Below are positions 35,152 through 44,460 of a stretch of 64,000 nucleotides of DNA, piece after piece. The translations under genes and the position numbers were made by a program. Source of the DNA: Candidatus Limnocylindria bacterium. Its GTDB lineage: Bacteria; Chloroflexota; Limnocylindria; P2-11E. Within the stretch, counting starts at the first letter, position 1; every line of letters starts with the position of its first letter. The stretch is from NCBI GenBank assembly GCA_036001645.1, contig DASYUC010000081.1, positions 21,325 through 85,324 on the forward strand, read 5' to 3'. Below the pieces are notes generated by a model. That model was not told the DNA's origin. It ran no database searches and worked only from the letters and a program-made list of their open reading frames with translations.

Positions 35152-37520
35152 CCGGTCGCCGCCATCTCGAGCACCGACTGGAGCACGACCTCACCGGACG
35201 CGCGCAGGCGGGCGGGGTCGACCGTTGCCGGCGTGTCGCCGACGGTGTGGAACGGGCCGAGGTCGGTCCCGGAGATCATCACCGCGGGCACGCGCCGCCG
35301 CAGGAAAGTGAAGTGGTCGCTGCCGCCGATGGCGGGTGTGTACTCGAGGCCGTAACCGAGGCGCTCGGCTGCGGACTTGACCCGCTGGTGCAGTGCGAAG
35401 TTCTCGTCGGAGGCGGCCAGCGCGCCGCAACACCCGTTCATGTCGAGATTGATGAACGCGACGATGTTGTCCGCGCGATACGGGGTCGTGACCGCGTTCG
35501 CCAAGAATGCTTCCGAGCCGATGAGCCCCTCCTCCTCGCCCGCGAACGCGACGAAGATCACGGAGTTCTTCAGCATCGCCCTCTTCGCGGCGAGGACGCG
35601 CGCGACCTCGATCGTGACCGCCGGACCGGAGGCGTTGTCGTTCGCCGCCGGATAGACCGTCCCGTTGGGGTCGGTGCCGACGCCGTCGAGGTGCCCTCCG
35701 ATGACGACGAATTTCGCCGCGCGTTCGGGATCGCTCCCGCGCAGCATGCCCACGACGTTCATCGTGCGGACCGGTTGGACGGGCCCGAACGACACCTCGA
35801 TATGGACGCGCGTCGGCGTGTCGAACGAGAGCGGCTCCGGAGCGCTGCGGACCAGGCTCGGCCGTTGGTCCGCGCGACGGCGCCGCTCCTCCAGGGTCTT
35901 ACGGAGGTCGGCGATGCGCTTGCCTGAGGGCGCGATGAGCTCGTCGGCCACGGCTTCGCTCACGGTGATCACCGGGACGGTGTCCCTTTCGAAGAACGCG
36001 GAGTACGAGCCGCGAATGATCCCGCGGTCTGGCGCGGCAACGAAGATGACCGCCTTCGCGCCCGACCGGATCGCCGCGTCGATCGGATCGCCCTGCGTCG
36101 GCCCGGCGATCAACACGATGTTCCCCTCGGGATGCGTGCCCTGGTAGTCGCTGTACTCCTGCGTGCGGATCCCACCACCCACATACACGATGTTGCCCTC
36201 GGCGGTGCCGCCGCCGGCGCGACCGCCAACGCGCTCGCTGAAGTCCACGCGCGGCTGATACCGCTTCGGATCGTCGTCGACGCGCTCGAAGACCGGCATC
36301 GCGCTGAGCTTGACGATGTTCGTTCCCCAGTTCTGGAAGTAGGTCCCGTCGCTGCCGATGGGTTCGAGTCCGATGGACTTGAACTGATCGGCGACGTAGC
36401 GCGCGGACTCGTTGTATCCGGCCGATCCGGTGTACCGTCCGGCGCGCGCGGGATCCGCCAGCCAGTCGACGTGCCCTCGCGCACGCGCCGCGTCGAATTC
36501 GCGCGCGACGGCGACGTAGCTGCCCGCGGGTCCGAGGTACGGACTCGCCACGCGGAACGCGACGAAGATCGCGACGATCGCCATCGCGGTGCGCAGTGAG
36601 AGGAGCTTGCCGAGCGCGACCGGCGCGCGCTCGAAGAACGTCCGCAGTCCGTGTCCGATGAGATTGAAGCCGAGGATCGCACTTGCGAACGCTACGGCCG
36701 GCACGAGGGCGATCCAGGCGGCGCGGTAGATCTCGAACTTGCCCTGCGCGAGGATGGCGCCCCACTCGGTCGTCGCGAAGATGAACTCAGTTCCGCCGCC
36801 ACGACCGGTCACGTCGGTCGATACGTTCTGCCCGCCTCCGACGACGATGCCGAGGAATCCCAGCTCGCCGAGCACGAGGAGGATCGCGCTCGCCTCCAGC
36901 GCGGCGGCGACCGCGAGCATGGGAAGCAGGTTCGGCAGCACGTGGCGCGCGAACACGGCGAACTCGGATAGGCCGAGTGAGCGCGCCGCCTCGAGGAACG
37001 GACGTCCGCGGAGCGCGACGACAGCGGACCGCGTCGCGCGACCGAATCCCCACCAGCCCGTGATCGCGAGCGCCGCGGCGAATGCGCTGATGCCCGAGCG
37101 GATGTCGAACGCGAAGATCCAGAGCATCGCGAAGAGCACGGTCGGGAACGCGCCGAACGCGTCGATGAGCGCGGACACGGCGCGGTCGAGCGACGAGCCG
37201 GCGAACCAACCCGCGAGCGCACCCAGGGCGGTCCCGACGACGAGGCGCACGGCGAGGACGACGAACGCGATCGTGAGCGTTGCGCGTGCTCCGTACATGA
37301 CGCCCGCCCACAGGTCCCGGCCGCTCCGGTCCGACCCGAGCGGGTAGCCGTAGGTCCCTGGGTCGTACGGCGCGAGGACGGAACGCGGGCCGTCGATGAT
37401 CAGTGTCGTGCCCTTGAGGGGATCGACATCCGTGAGGAGCGGCGCCGCCAGCCCGACGAAGACCCAGCCACCGATGATCGCCGCGCCGAAGATGAGCTGC
37501 CAGGTGAGCGCGCGCCGCAT
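35148..37520 (-). CDS. Fusion protein: Dpp/Opp-type ABC permease (DppC-like) + extra TM helix + PA-domain M28 metallopeptidase
   Basis: The N-terminal half has 'YPLGSDRSGRDLWAGVMYGARATL' and 'NLIGHGLRTFFERAP', the normal permease C-terminus. A hydrophobic helix 'LRTAMAIVAIFVAFRVA' follows. The rest is a full M28 domain ('GGHLDGVG', 'ANDNASGPAV', 'FAGEEEGLIGSEAF', 'INLDMNG', 'GGSDHFTF'). It is a single uninterrupted 790-codon ORF. Confidence 0.8.
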   Translation of the reverse strand: MRRALTWQLIFGAAIIGGWVFVGLAAPLLTDVDPLKGTTLIIDGPRSVLAPYDPGTYGYPLGSDRSGRDLWAGVMYGARATLTIAFVVLAVRLVVGTALGALAGWFAGSSLDRAVSALIDAFGAFPTVLFAMLWIFAFDIRSGISAFAAALAITGWWGFGRATRSAVVALRGRPFLEAARSLGLSEFAVFARHVLPNLLPMLAVAAALEASAILLVLGELGFLGIVVGGGQNVSTDVTGRGGGTEFIFATTEWGAILAQGKFEIYRAAWIALVPAVAFASAILGFNLIGHGLRTFFERAPVALGKLLSLRTAMAIVAIFVAFRVASPYLGPAGSYVAVAREFDAARARGHVDWLADPARAGRYTGSAGYNESARYVADQFKSIGLEPIGSDGTYFQNWGTNIVKLSAMPVFERVDDDPKRYQPRVDFSERVGGRAGGGTAEGNIVYVGGGIRTQEYSDYQGTHPEGNIVLIAGPTQGDPIDAAIRSGAKAVIFVAAPDRGIIRGSYSAFFERDTVPVITVSEAVADELIAPSGKRIADLRKTLEERRRRADQRPSLVRSAPEPLSFDTPTRVHIEVSFGPVQPVRTMNVVGMLRGSDPERAAKFVVIGGHLDGVGTDPNGTVYPAANDNASGPAVTIEVARVLAAKRAMLKNSVIFVAFAGEEEGLIGSEAFLANAVTTPYRADNIVAFINLDMNGCCGALAASDENFALHQRVKSAAERLGYGLEYTPAIGGSDHFTFLRRRVPAVMISGTDLGPFHTVGDTPATVDPARLRASGEVVLQSVLEMAATG

Positions 37521-38443
37521 CAGGATGCCGCTCCGGTCGACGCGTGCACTAGACGGGAGGCGGCCGCGTCGAGCGCGAACCGAACGATCGCGATCGTCAC
37601 GACCAACGCACCGAGCAACGTGCCCGCGGTCGCGGCGTCGAAGCGCTGGATCGCCTGGAGCAGTGAGAAGCCGAGGCCGGGCCAGGAGAAGAACACCTCG
37701 ACGACCGGCAGCGTGGAGAGTCCGATCGAAAGTGCCGCCGCGATCGCACCGAGGATCGGCACGAGGGCGTTGCGAAGCGCGTGGCGGCCGATGACCACGC
37801 GCTCGAGCAGGCCCTTGGACCGTGCGGTCCGCACATAGTCGGCGCCGAGCTCCTCGTCGACGGCAACGAACGCGAAGTTCGCGATCTGGGCGAATGGGCG
37901 CGCGGCGAGGACGAGCGTCGGCAGGATGAGATGGTCGTCGATCCCGAAGCCGAAGCTCGGCCAGAGCCGGACGTTGTAGCGGCGCACCATCTCGGCCGAC
38001 AGGAGGATCAGGAGGATCGCGAGCAGGAAGGACGGCAGCGAGATCACCGCCATCGTGCTGCCCAGGAGCGCGGCCCGCAGGCGTGCGCTGCGTGTGGCAG
38101 CGGCGACCACGCCGACGGCGACGCCGAGCACCGCGGCGAGCGTCACCGCGAGGCCGACGAGCAGCATGCTCTTCGGGTACGCGTCGAGGAGCACCTCGCC
38201 CATCGAGCGGCGCCGGCCGCCGAGGATTGACGTCGTCGTCGCTTCGCCGAGCGACCCCTGGAACAGGCTCGAGAAGTAGTCCTGGGTGCCCTCCCAGGCC
38301 TGCTGGAGGATGTCGGCGATCGGCGCGTGATCGAAGCGCGTGCGTGCCGCGACGAGCGCGATCTGCGCGAGCACGACGATGAGGACGAACGTGAAGATGA
38401 CGAGCAGGACGCGCGTGAGGACCGCGACGGCAGCGCGACTCAA
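37520..38443 (-). CDS. Dpp/Opp-type ABC transporter permease (DppB-like)
   Basis: 'YVRTARSKGLLERVVIGRHALRNALVPIL' is the EAA loop. Start is taken at TTG 38443 because the longer ORF-track start would overlap the divergent metG. The stop shares one nt with the fusion-gene ATG (TGATG). Confidence 0.75.
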   Translation of the reverse strand: MSRAAVAVLTRVLLVIFTFVLIVVLAQIALVAARTRFDHAPIADILQQAWEGTQDYFSSLFQGSLGEATTTSILGGRRRSMGEVLLDAYPKSMLLVGLAVTLAAVLGVAVGVVAAATRSARLRAALLGSTMAVISLPSFLLAILLILLSAEMVRRYNVRLWPSFGFGIDDHLILPTLVLAARPFAQIANFAFVAVDEELGADYVRTARSKGLLERVVIGRHALRNALVPILGAIAAALSIGLSTLPVVEVFFSWPGLGFSLLQAIQRFDAATAGTLLGALVVTIAIVRFALDAAASRLVHASTGAAS

Positions 38444-38470
38444 CGTGTGTCGACGAGGGGCATGTCGACC

Positions 38471-38476
38471 TAGAAT
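38471..38476 (+). promoter_or_regulatory. Candidate -10 hexamer TAGAAT in the 48-bp divergent gap upstream of metG
   Basis: This is an AT-rich hexamer 15 nt upstream of ATG 38492 in an otherwise GC-rich context. No SD is evident. Confidence 0.25.
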
Positions 38477-38491
38477 ACCGAGCAAATTCCG

Positions 38492-40033
38492 ATGAAGTTC
38501 TACGTCACGACCGCCATTGCATACGTCAACGCCCGGCCCGGACTTCACCATGCGTATGAGTTCACCGGGACTGACGCACTTGCCCGTTTTCACCGGCAAC
38601 GCGGGGACGACGTCTACTTCCTGACGGGCACGGACGAGAACGCGACGCGCAACGAGCAGGCGGCGAAGGAGCAAGGGATCCCCACACGTCAGCTCGTCGA
38701 TAGATACGCGGCCGAGTTCCGGCAGATGGCCGACCTCTGGCACATCTCATATGACCGTTTCATCCGCACGGTCGACCCCGATCACATCGTCGGTGTCCAG
38801 GAATTCGTTCGCCGCTGGATCGCGAACGACGATGTGTACCTCTCGACGTATGAGGGCTGGTATTGCACCGGGTGCGAGGCGTTCTATGAAGAGAGTGACC
38901 TCGTAAATGGTCAGTGCCCGATCCACCCGACCCGCCAGATCCAGCGCCTCAAGGAGGAGAACTACTTCTTCCGCCTCAGCAAGTACGAGCAGCGCCTTAA
39001 AGACCTGTACCACGAGCGCCCTGACTTCTGCGTGCCAGAGGTACGACGCAACGAAGTCCTGGGCTGGCTGGAACGCGGCCTTAAGGACGTTAGCGTGTCG
39101 CGGCGCAACCTCACCTGGGGGATCCCGTTCCCGGACAAGCCTGGGCACACGGTGTACGTCTGGTTCGACGCTCTCATCAACTACGCGACCGGTGTGGGGT
39201 TCGGCACCGACGAGAAGAAGTTCAAGAAGTGGTGGCCGGCCGATCTGCACGTCATCGGACTGGACATCACGCGTTTTCATTGTCTGTTCTGGCCGGCGAT
39301 GCTGATGTCCGCGGGTCTCGAGCTACCGCGGCAGGTCTACGCCCACGGCTTCCTTCACTACGCCGGCGAGGGTCGGCTCTCGCGATCGAGCGGCAACATG
39401 ATCGATCCCATCGCCGCGGCGAATGAGTGGGGGAGTGATGCGCTTCGCTACCTGTTATTGCGCGAGGCGCCGTTCGCCAAGGATTCGCCCATCTCGCCGG
39501 ACCTCCTCGACCTTCGCTTCAACGCCGATCTCGCCAACGGCCTCGGCAACCTCGTCTCGCGCGCGACGAAGATGGTCGAGCTGTATTGCGAGGCTCGTGT
39601 GCCGCCGCCCGGCAAAGAAGGTCCATCCGAGAAGGCGCTGCGCGAAACTGCCGAGCGCGCCCTTCGCGCGCACGACGAGTACGCCGCCCGGCTCGACTTC
39701 TCCGAGGCGCTCGCCGCGATCTTCGCTGTCGTCGAAGAGGCGAACAAGCACTTCCAGCGCACGCAGCCGTGGCAGGCGGTGAAGGAGCCGCCACGGAAGG
39801 GCGAGGTCGAGGCGTCGTTGTACGCGGGGCTCGAGGCGGTGCGCCTCGTCGCGTATCTCCTGTTCCCGTATATGCCGACGATCAGTCCCCGTATCGCCGA
39901 GGTGCTGGGCGTCGAATCGCCTGCCTCGGCGAAATGGGAGGCTGTCGCGCGCTGGGGTCTGCTCGAATCGGGAAAGCAGATCCGCACCGCGCCGTCGCTC
40001 TTCCCGCGGCTCGAGCGAGCGAAGACCGCCTGA
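38492..40033 (+). CDS. metG: Methionyl-tRNA synthetase (short form, no C-terminal tRNA-binding domain)
   Basis: 'FYVTTAIAYVNARPGLHHAYE', 'FLTGTDE', the zinc knuckle 'YCTGCE...CPIH', 'NYFFRLSKY' and 'VWFDALINY' are present. The gene is followed by tatD, as in many genomes. Its signature motifs are atypical (see finding). Confidence 0.9.
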   Translation: MKFYVTTAIAYVNARPGLHHAYEFTGTDALARFHRQRGDDVYFLTGTDENATRNEQAAKEQGIPTRQLVDRYAAEFRQMADLWHISYDRFIRTVDPDHIVGVQEFVRRWIANDDVYLSTYEGWYCTGCEAFYEESDLVNGQCPIHPTRQIQRLKEENYFFRLSKYEQRLKDLYHERPDFCVPEVRRNEVLGWLERGLKDVSVSRRNLTWGIPFPDKPGHTVYVWFDALINYATGVGFGTDEKKFKKWWPADLHVIGLDITRFHCLFWPAMLMSAGLELPRQVYAHGFLHYAGEGRLSRSSGNMIDPIAAANEWGSDALRYLLLREAPFAKDSPISPDLLDLRFNADLANGLGNLVSRATKMVELYCEARVPPPGKEGPSEKALRETAERALRAHDEYAARLDFSEALAAIFAVVEEANKHFQRTQPWQAVKEPPRKGEVEASLYAGLEAVRLVAYLLFPYMPTISPRIAEVLGVESPASAKWEAVARWGLLESGKQIRTAPSLFPRLERAKTA

Positions 40034-40043
40034 CGGCACGCGC

Positions 40044-40805
40044 GTGATCGACGCCCACGCGCATCTCGACGATCGCCGTTTCGCCGACGACCTCGACGCG
40101 GTGATGGCGCGCGCTTCGGCCGCGGGGGTCGAGCGCGTGTTGTCGTGCGCAGGCGACCTCGCGTCGAGCGAGCGCACCGTGCTCATCGCGCGCCGGTACC
40201 CATCGGTGCGCGTCGCCGTCGGCGTTCATCCACACCACGCGGGATCCTGGAGCGATGCGGTATCGGGAATGGTGAATCGTTTGGCGCGCGACCAGCACGT
40301 CGTCGCGATCGGCGAGATCGGCATGGATCTCTCGGGTCGCAGCGCCCCGCGTGAGGCGCAGGAGACCGCGTTCCTCGCGCAGCTCGCGCTGGCACGCGCG
40401 CTCGACCTGCCGGTCGTCGTGCACGTTCGCGAATCCGGTCCTGTCGCGCGCGAGCTCATCGATCGCGCCGGTGGTGCGCGCGGCATGGTGCACTGCTACA
40501 GCGAAGGGGCCGACGAGGTCGGGGAGTGGATGCGGCGCGGCTTCGCGGTCTCGTTCGCCGGGACGGTGACCTATCCGAAGAACGGGTCGCTGCGGCTGGC
40601 GGCCGCGGGCGTCACGGCGGACCGGATCCTCGTCGAGACGGACGCGCCCTATCTCGCGCCACAGGCGCGCCGCGGCGAGCGGAACGAGCCGGCCTTCGTG
40701 CTCGAGACCCTCGCCGCGGTGGCCGCCGCCCGGGGCGAGGAACCCGCCGAGCTTGGGCGGCAGGTGGGCGAAAACGCGCGGAAACTCTTCGGAGACCGCT
40801 TCTAG
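40044..40805 (+). CDS. tatD: TatD family metal-dependent hydrolase/DNase
   Basis: 'IDAHAHLDD', 'GEIGMD', 'VVHVRE', 'HCYSE' and 'LVETDAPYLAP' are present. Confidence 0.9.
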   Translation: MIDAHAHLDDRRFADDLDAVMARASAAGVERVLSCAGDLASSERTVLIARRYPSVRVAVGVHPHHAGSWSDAVSGMVNRLARDQHVVAIGEIGMDLSGRSAPREAQETAFLAQLALARALDLPVVVHVRESGPVARELIDRAGGARGMVHCYSEGADEVGEWMRRGFAVSFAGTVTYPKNGSLRLAAAGVTADRILVETDAPYLAPQARRGERNEPAFVLETLAAVAAARGEEPAELGRQVGENARKLFGDRF

Positions 40806-40865
40806 GGAACACAACCGAGCCGGCCGTCGTATGTATCAGCAGCACCTTGAAAGGGTGGTGGATAC

Positions 40866-41759
40866 ATGCGGCGCTCATGGCGCGCTCTCGCACTTCTCGG
40901 TCTCGTTCTGGGGCTCGCGGCGGCGTGCTCGACCGCGCCCGCTGGTCAGGCGTTCAGCAACATCGGGAACAACCTGAGGGACACCGCCGCGGACTCGAAG
41001 GGCGTAGGTGCCCCAGGCAGCATCCCAGCGTCTGGCGTCGGAACGACAGCGGAGAACGGTATCCCGACGCTCGTCACGAACCCGAGCCGCAACCTGATCC
41101 TCACCGCGAACGTTTCGATGAAGACGCAGGATCCATGGGCAACGGCCGACAAGGCGCGCGCCATCGCGAACGGCCTCGGCGGCGACATCCTCGCCATGAG
41201 CCAGACCGGCCAGGGCGAGAACCGCAGCGCGCTCATCACCGTGCGCGTCCCGTCGGACCGTTTCGATGAGGCGCTCCGCCAGCTGAAGCTGCTCGATGGC
41301 GAAGTCGTCACGTCGAACGTCGACGCGAAGGACGTCACCGACCAGTTCACCGACCTGCAGGCGCGTCTTACCGCGAAGCAGGCCGAGGAACAGCGCTACC
41401 TTCAGCTCTTCCCGCAAGCGAAGACCGTCGACGAGACCCTGAAGATCGATGCCGCGCTCGGCAACGTGCGCGTGCAGATCGAGCAGCTGCAGGGCCAGCT
41501 CAACCTCATCAAGAACCGCACCGAGTTCTCGACGATCACGATGGCGATCTCGCCCATCGTGACCGTGCCCGCGGCGACGGGTGGCACGTGGGACCCGGCC
41601 GTGACGTTCGCCAAGGCGATCGCCGCGCTCTCCGTGTTCTTCAAGTTCGCCGCCGACCTCGCGATCTGGCTCCTCGTGTTCGGGTGGATCCCGCTCATCG
41701 GTCTGGTCATCGCGTTCGCGGCGACGCGCATGCGCCGCCCCAGCGTCCCCGCTTCCTAG
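40866..41759 (+). CDS. DUF4349-like lipoprotein with coiled-coil and C-terminal TM helices
   Basis: Lipobox 'LGLAAAC' is present. 'VRVPSDRFDEALRQLKLLDGEVVTSNVDAKDVTDQFTDLQARL...' resembles the DUF4349 pattern. Two C-terminal hydrophobic helices are present. Confidence 0.7.
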   Translation: MRRSWRALALLGLVLGLAAACSTAPAGQAFSNIGNNLRDTAADSKGVGAPGSIPASGVGTTAENGIPTLVTNPSRNLILTANVSMKTQDPWATADKARAIANGLGGDILAMSQTGQGENRSALITVRVPSDRFDEALRQLKLLDGEVVTSNVDAKDVTDQFTDLQARLTAKQAEEQRYLQLFPQAKTVDETLKIDAALGNVRVQIEQLQGQLNLIKNRTEFSTITMAISPIVTVPAATGGTWDPAVTFAKAIAALSVFFKFAADLAIWLLVFGWIPLIGLVIAFAATRMRRPSVPAS

Positions 41760-41822
41760 GCGTTCCCTCCCTCGACGCGGCGGCGGCCCACACGTGCTCC
41801 ATCGGCTGAAAAGCCGGGGCCG

Positions 41823-42149
41823 GTGGGGCCGCCGCCATCTCTTTGGGCTCGGATCGGCGGGCAGCCGCCCGCTTGGCAATGCGCTTGCACTGTGCCGGCC
41901 GTGGCGGTCCAGTGGGAGCACCTCGACCTCACGCAGTCCGAGCGCATCCAACGCGAGTTCCGCGAACGGAACGCCGCGGAGGCGGTCGTCGAACGACTGC
42001 GGGAGGCGGGCTTTGGGGAAGGTGAGATCAGCCTCACGACACACGGCGGCAGGACCGCCGACGACGGCACATTCGTTCCCGGCGGCGTCGTGGTCGTCGT
42101 CACCGCGGACGCACTGCGCGCCCGCGAGGCGGAGCGGATCATCTCGTAA
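41823..42149 (+). CDS. Hypothetical small protein (start uncertain; GTG 41901 is an alternative)
   Basis: GC3 is high in this frame. There is only a weak resemblance to small stress-protein domains. No firm family assignment. Confidence 0.3.
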   Translation: MGPPPSLWARIGGQPPAWQCACTVPAVAVQWEHLDLTQSERIQREFRERNAAEAVVERLREAGFGEGEISLTTHGGRTADDGTFVPGGVVVVVTADALRAREAERIIS

Positions 42150-42160
42150 ACTCGGCCGCG

Positions 42161-42598
42161 ATGGCCGACGTGCGCATCCGTCCGGTGAATGAGCTCGACA
42201 TCGAGTCGATCTGCCGCATCGACGAGCGGATCACCGGCAAGTACCGACCCGATGTCTGGGAAGACCGCGTCGCCTACTTCATCCGCCGCGATCCGGATTC
42301 CTCGCAGGTCGCCGAGGTCGAGGGCAAGGTCGTCGGCTTCATGCTCGGTGAGGTGCGTGGCGGCGAGTTCGGGATGGAAGAGCCGACCGGGTGGCTCGAG
42401 TTCTTCGGCGTCGACCCCTCGGCGCGCGAGCGCGGCATCGGGCGCGGTCTCACCGACGCGTTGCTCGCCGGATTCAAGAAGCGTGGCGCGCACGTCGCGC
42501 GCACGATGGTGCGCACGCAGGACGCGGAGATCGCCAAGTTCGTCGCGGCGATGGGATTCACACCGGCGCCGGTGAGCGCACTCGAACGACGCCTCTAG
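42161..42598 (+). CDS. GNAT family N-acetyltransferase
   Basis: 'VVGFMLGE...LEFFGVDPSARERGIGRGLTDALLAGFKKRGA' is the acetyl-CoA binding motif A (R/Q-x-x-G-x-G/A). Confidence 0.8.
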   Translation: MADVRIRPVNELDIESICRIDERITGKYRPDVWEDRVAYFIRRDPDSSQVAEVEGKVVGFMLGEVRGGEFGMEEPTGWLEFFGVDPSARERGIGRGLTDALLAGFKKRGAHVARTMVRTQDAEIAKFVAAMGFTPAPVSALERRL

Positions 42599-42603
42599 TC
42601 GAG

Positions 42604-43092
42604 ATGCGACGTGAGGTCATCTTCGAGGTTGACCTGGCTCCGACGGACGTCGCGGACCGATTGCGCGCAGTTATCGCCACTCCGCCGACACTCCGCGGCT
42701 TGCTGAGCGAGCCATCGCTCGGGTTGCCATACGTCGGCGAGGTCGATGAGTCGAGGTTCAGCGCCCGGCGCGGAAGGCTAAATACGCTCAAGGTCCTCGC
42801 GCACGGCCTTATCACGCCAGTCGGCCACGGTTCGCGTGTCGCGCTGCGCTTGGTCGGGCCCCCGCGAGGGTTGGTCGCAACGCTGTGCGGGGCGCTCCTC
42901 GTCGGCGCCGTGGTCATGCTGTCGATCGGGGAGCCGTGGGCCGCGTTGATCTTTGCGGCCGCCAGCGCTCTTGTTGCGTACGCGGGGATTGTTCAGCCGC
43001 AGCGAGAGGCCGACGCAATGGCCCGGGTTCTTGGTGGCGCCTGTTCGAGCGAAAGTGTCGGCGCCGCGCGTTCGCTCGCGCGAACGGTATGA
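42604..43092 (+). CDS. Hypothetical membrane protein
   Basis: ATG 42604 lies just after the GNAT stop. Two C-terminal hydrophobic helices are present. No family was recognised. Confidence 0.4.
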   Translation: MRREVIFEVDLAPTDVADRLRAVIATPPTLRGLLSEPSLGLPYVGEVDESRFSARRGRLNTLKVLAHGLITPVGHGSRVALRLVGPPRGLVATLCGALLVGAVVMLSIGEPWAALIFAAASALVAYAGIVQPQREADAMARVLGGACSSESVGAARSLARTV

Positions 43093-43095
43093 CCA

Positions 43096-44460
43096 TTGAG
43101 GGCTCGAACCGGTAACCTAGACATCGTGGGCGACGAGATCCGCATGCTGCCCGACCGCTATCACGGGGCCATCGAGCACTGGCGGCAGCACAACTTCCCC
43201 GATTACCCGCAGCTCGCCGAGGTCTGGCCGAAGTTCTTCCCCAAGGACGAGCCCTTCTGCCTGTGCGCGAAGGCAGCGGCGGACATTCCGGCCGAGATCG
43301 AGATCGGCGACGACGTCGGGAAGCCAAAGGCACTCCAGCCGAAGGAGCTCGCGCCCGAAGCGGCGCAGCACCTGCTTTCGCAGATCCGCGCGCAGGCGTC
43401 GACCGAATTCGGATCGATCCAGCAACATCAGATGACGCTCTTCCGCGCGCAGGAGCCGCAGGACCAGGCTTGGGCGCTGCGCGTGATGGCCGAGGAGCTG
43501 CGCCACGGCTATCAAATGGTCCATTTGCTGACGAGCTCCGATTGGTCGCCGGTGACGGAAACGAAGCCCGAGGACATGGTGGAAGAGATCCTCTCGATGC
43601 AGACCGGCAGTCACGTGCTCGCGGCCTTCAACCTCGAGTTCGATTCGTTCCTCGACAACGTGGTGTTCGCGGCGTTCATCGACCGCGTCGGGAAATACCA
43701 GCTCACGATGCAGAGGATCTCGGCGTACAAGCCGTACGCGTCGTCGATGCCGCCGATGCTGCGCGAGGAGGCGTTCCACCTGGCCGCGGGCGTCATCCCG
43801 CTTCGCCGCTGGGTGGAGCACGCCGCGCGCGGCGACGGATACATCGACATGCCCGCGATCCAGAAGTCTGTTCACAAGTGGTTCGGTCGAGGCTTGGAGA
43901 TGTTCGGGGACGAGCGCGGCGGCCAGACGAACGTGAAGTTCGGCCTCAAGGACTTGAACAACAGAGACGCGCAGGATCAGTACATCCAGGAATGCACCAA
44001 GATGCTCGACGACCTCAACGTCCGCTACGTGCGCGCACGCTTCCCGGATCGCACGCGCGAGGAGGCCGACGCGATCTTCGCGCGTGTCGCAGCGGGCGAG
44101 ACGGTCGGCGGGCTTTCGCGTGACGACCTGCTGCGGGTGCCGGATCGGCGTTTCTTCCGACGTCGCGGGGAGTTCGCGTTCCAGATGTTCGGCACGCATG
44201 GCGAGACATTCACCGACGTGGAGAAGTACATCGCCCATGTGCTCGCGAGCCTGCCCGAGGCCTACCGCGCCTCGATCGATGTGAAGCACTGGGCCGACAC
44301 ACAGCGCGCGGTCGTCGCGGGTGCGACGCCGCTGAAGCAAGCGATGGCGTCGATGCCGCGGCTTGCGCGTCAGGCCGGCGGGTGTCCCTGCGGCAAGTCC
44401 GTCCGCTGGGTAGTTGATCAAGCCGGCGGCACGGCCGGAGGCGAGCGCCTGAACCCCTAG
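43096..44460 (+). CDS. BoxB-like di-iron oxygenase (benzoyl-CoA 2,3-epoxidase subunit B / PaaA superfamily)
   Basis: Di-iron carboxylate boxes are 'STEFGSIQQH', 'MAEELRHG', 'FIDRVGKYQL' and 'MLREEAFHL'. The N-terminal 'HWRQHNFPDYP' and the overall length resemble BoxB as I remember it. The start is uncertain: TTG 43096, GTG 43126 or ATG 43144. Confidence 0.65.
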   Translation: MRARTGNLDIVGDEIRMLPDRYHGAIEHWRQHNFPDYPQLAEVWPKFFPKDEPFCLCAKAAADIPAEIEIGDDVGKPKALQPKELAPEAAQHLLSQIRAQASTEFGSIQQHQMTLFRAQEPQDQAWALRVMAEELRHGYQMVHLLTSSDWSPVTETKPEDMVEEILSMQTGSHVLAAFNLEFDSFLDNVVFAAFIDRVGKYQLTMQRISAYKPYASSMPPMLREEAFHLAAGVIPLRRWVEHAARGDGYIDMPAIQKSVHKWFGRGLEMFGDERGGQTNVKFGLKDLNNRDAQDQYIQECTKMLDDLNVRYVRARFPDRTREEADAIFARVAAGETVGGLSRDDLLRVPDRRFFRRRGEFAFQMFGTHGETFTDVEKYIAHVLASLPEAYRASIDVKHWADTQRAVVAGATPLKQAMASMPRLARQAGGCPCGKSVRWVVDQAGGTAGGERLNP

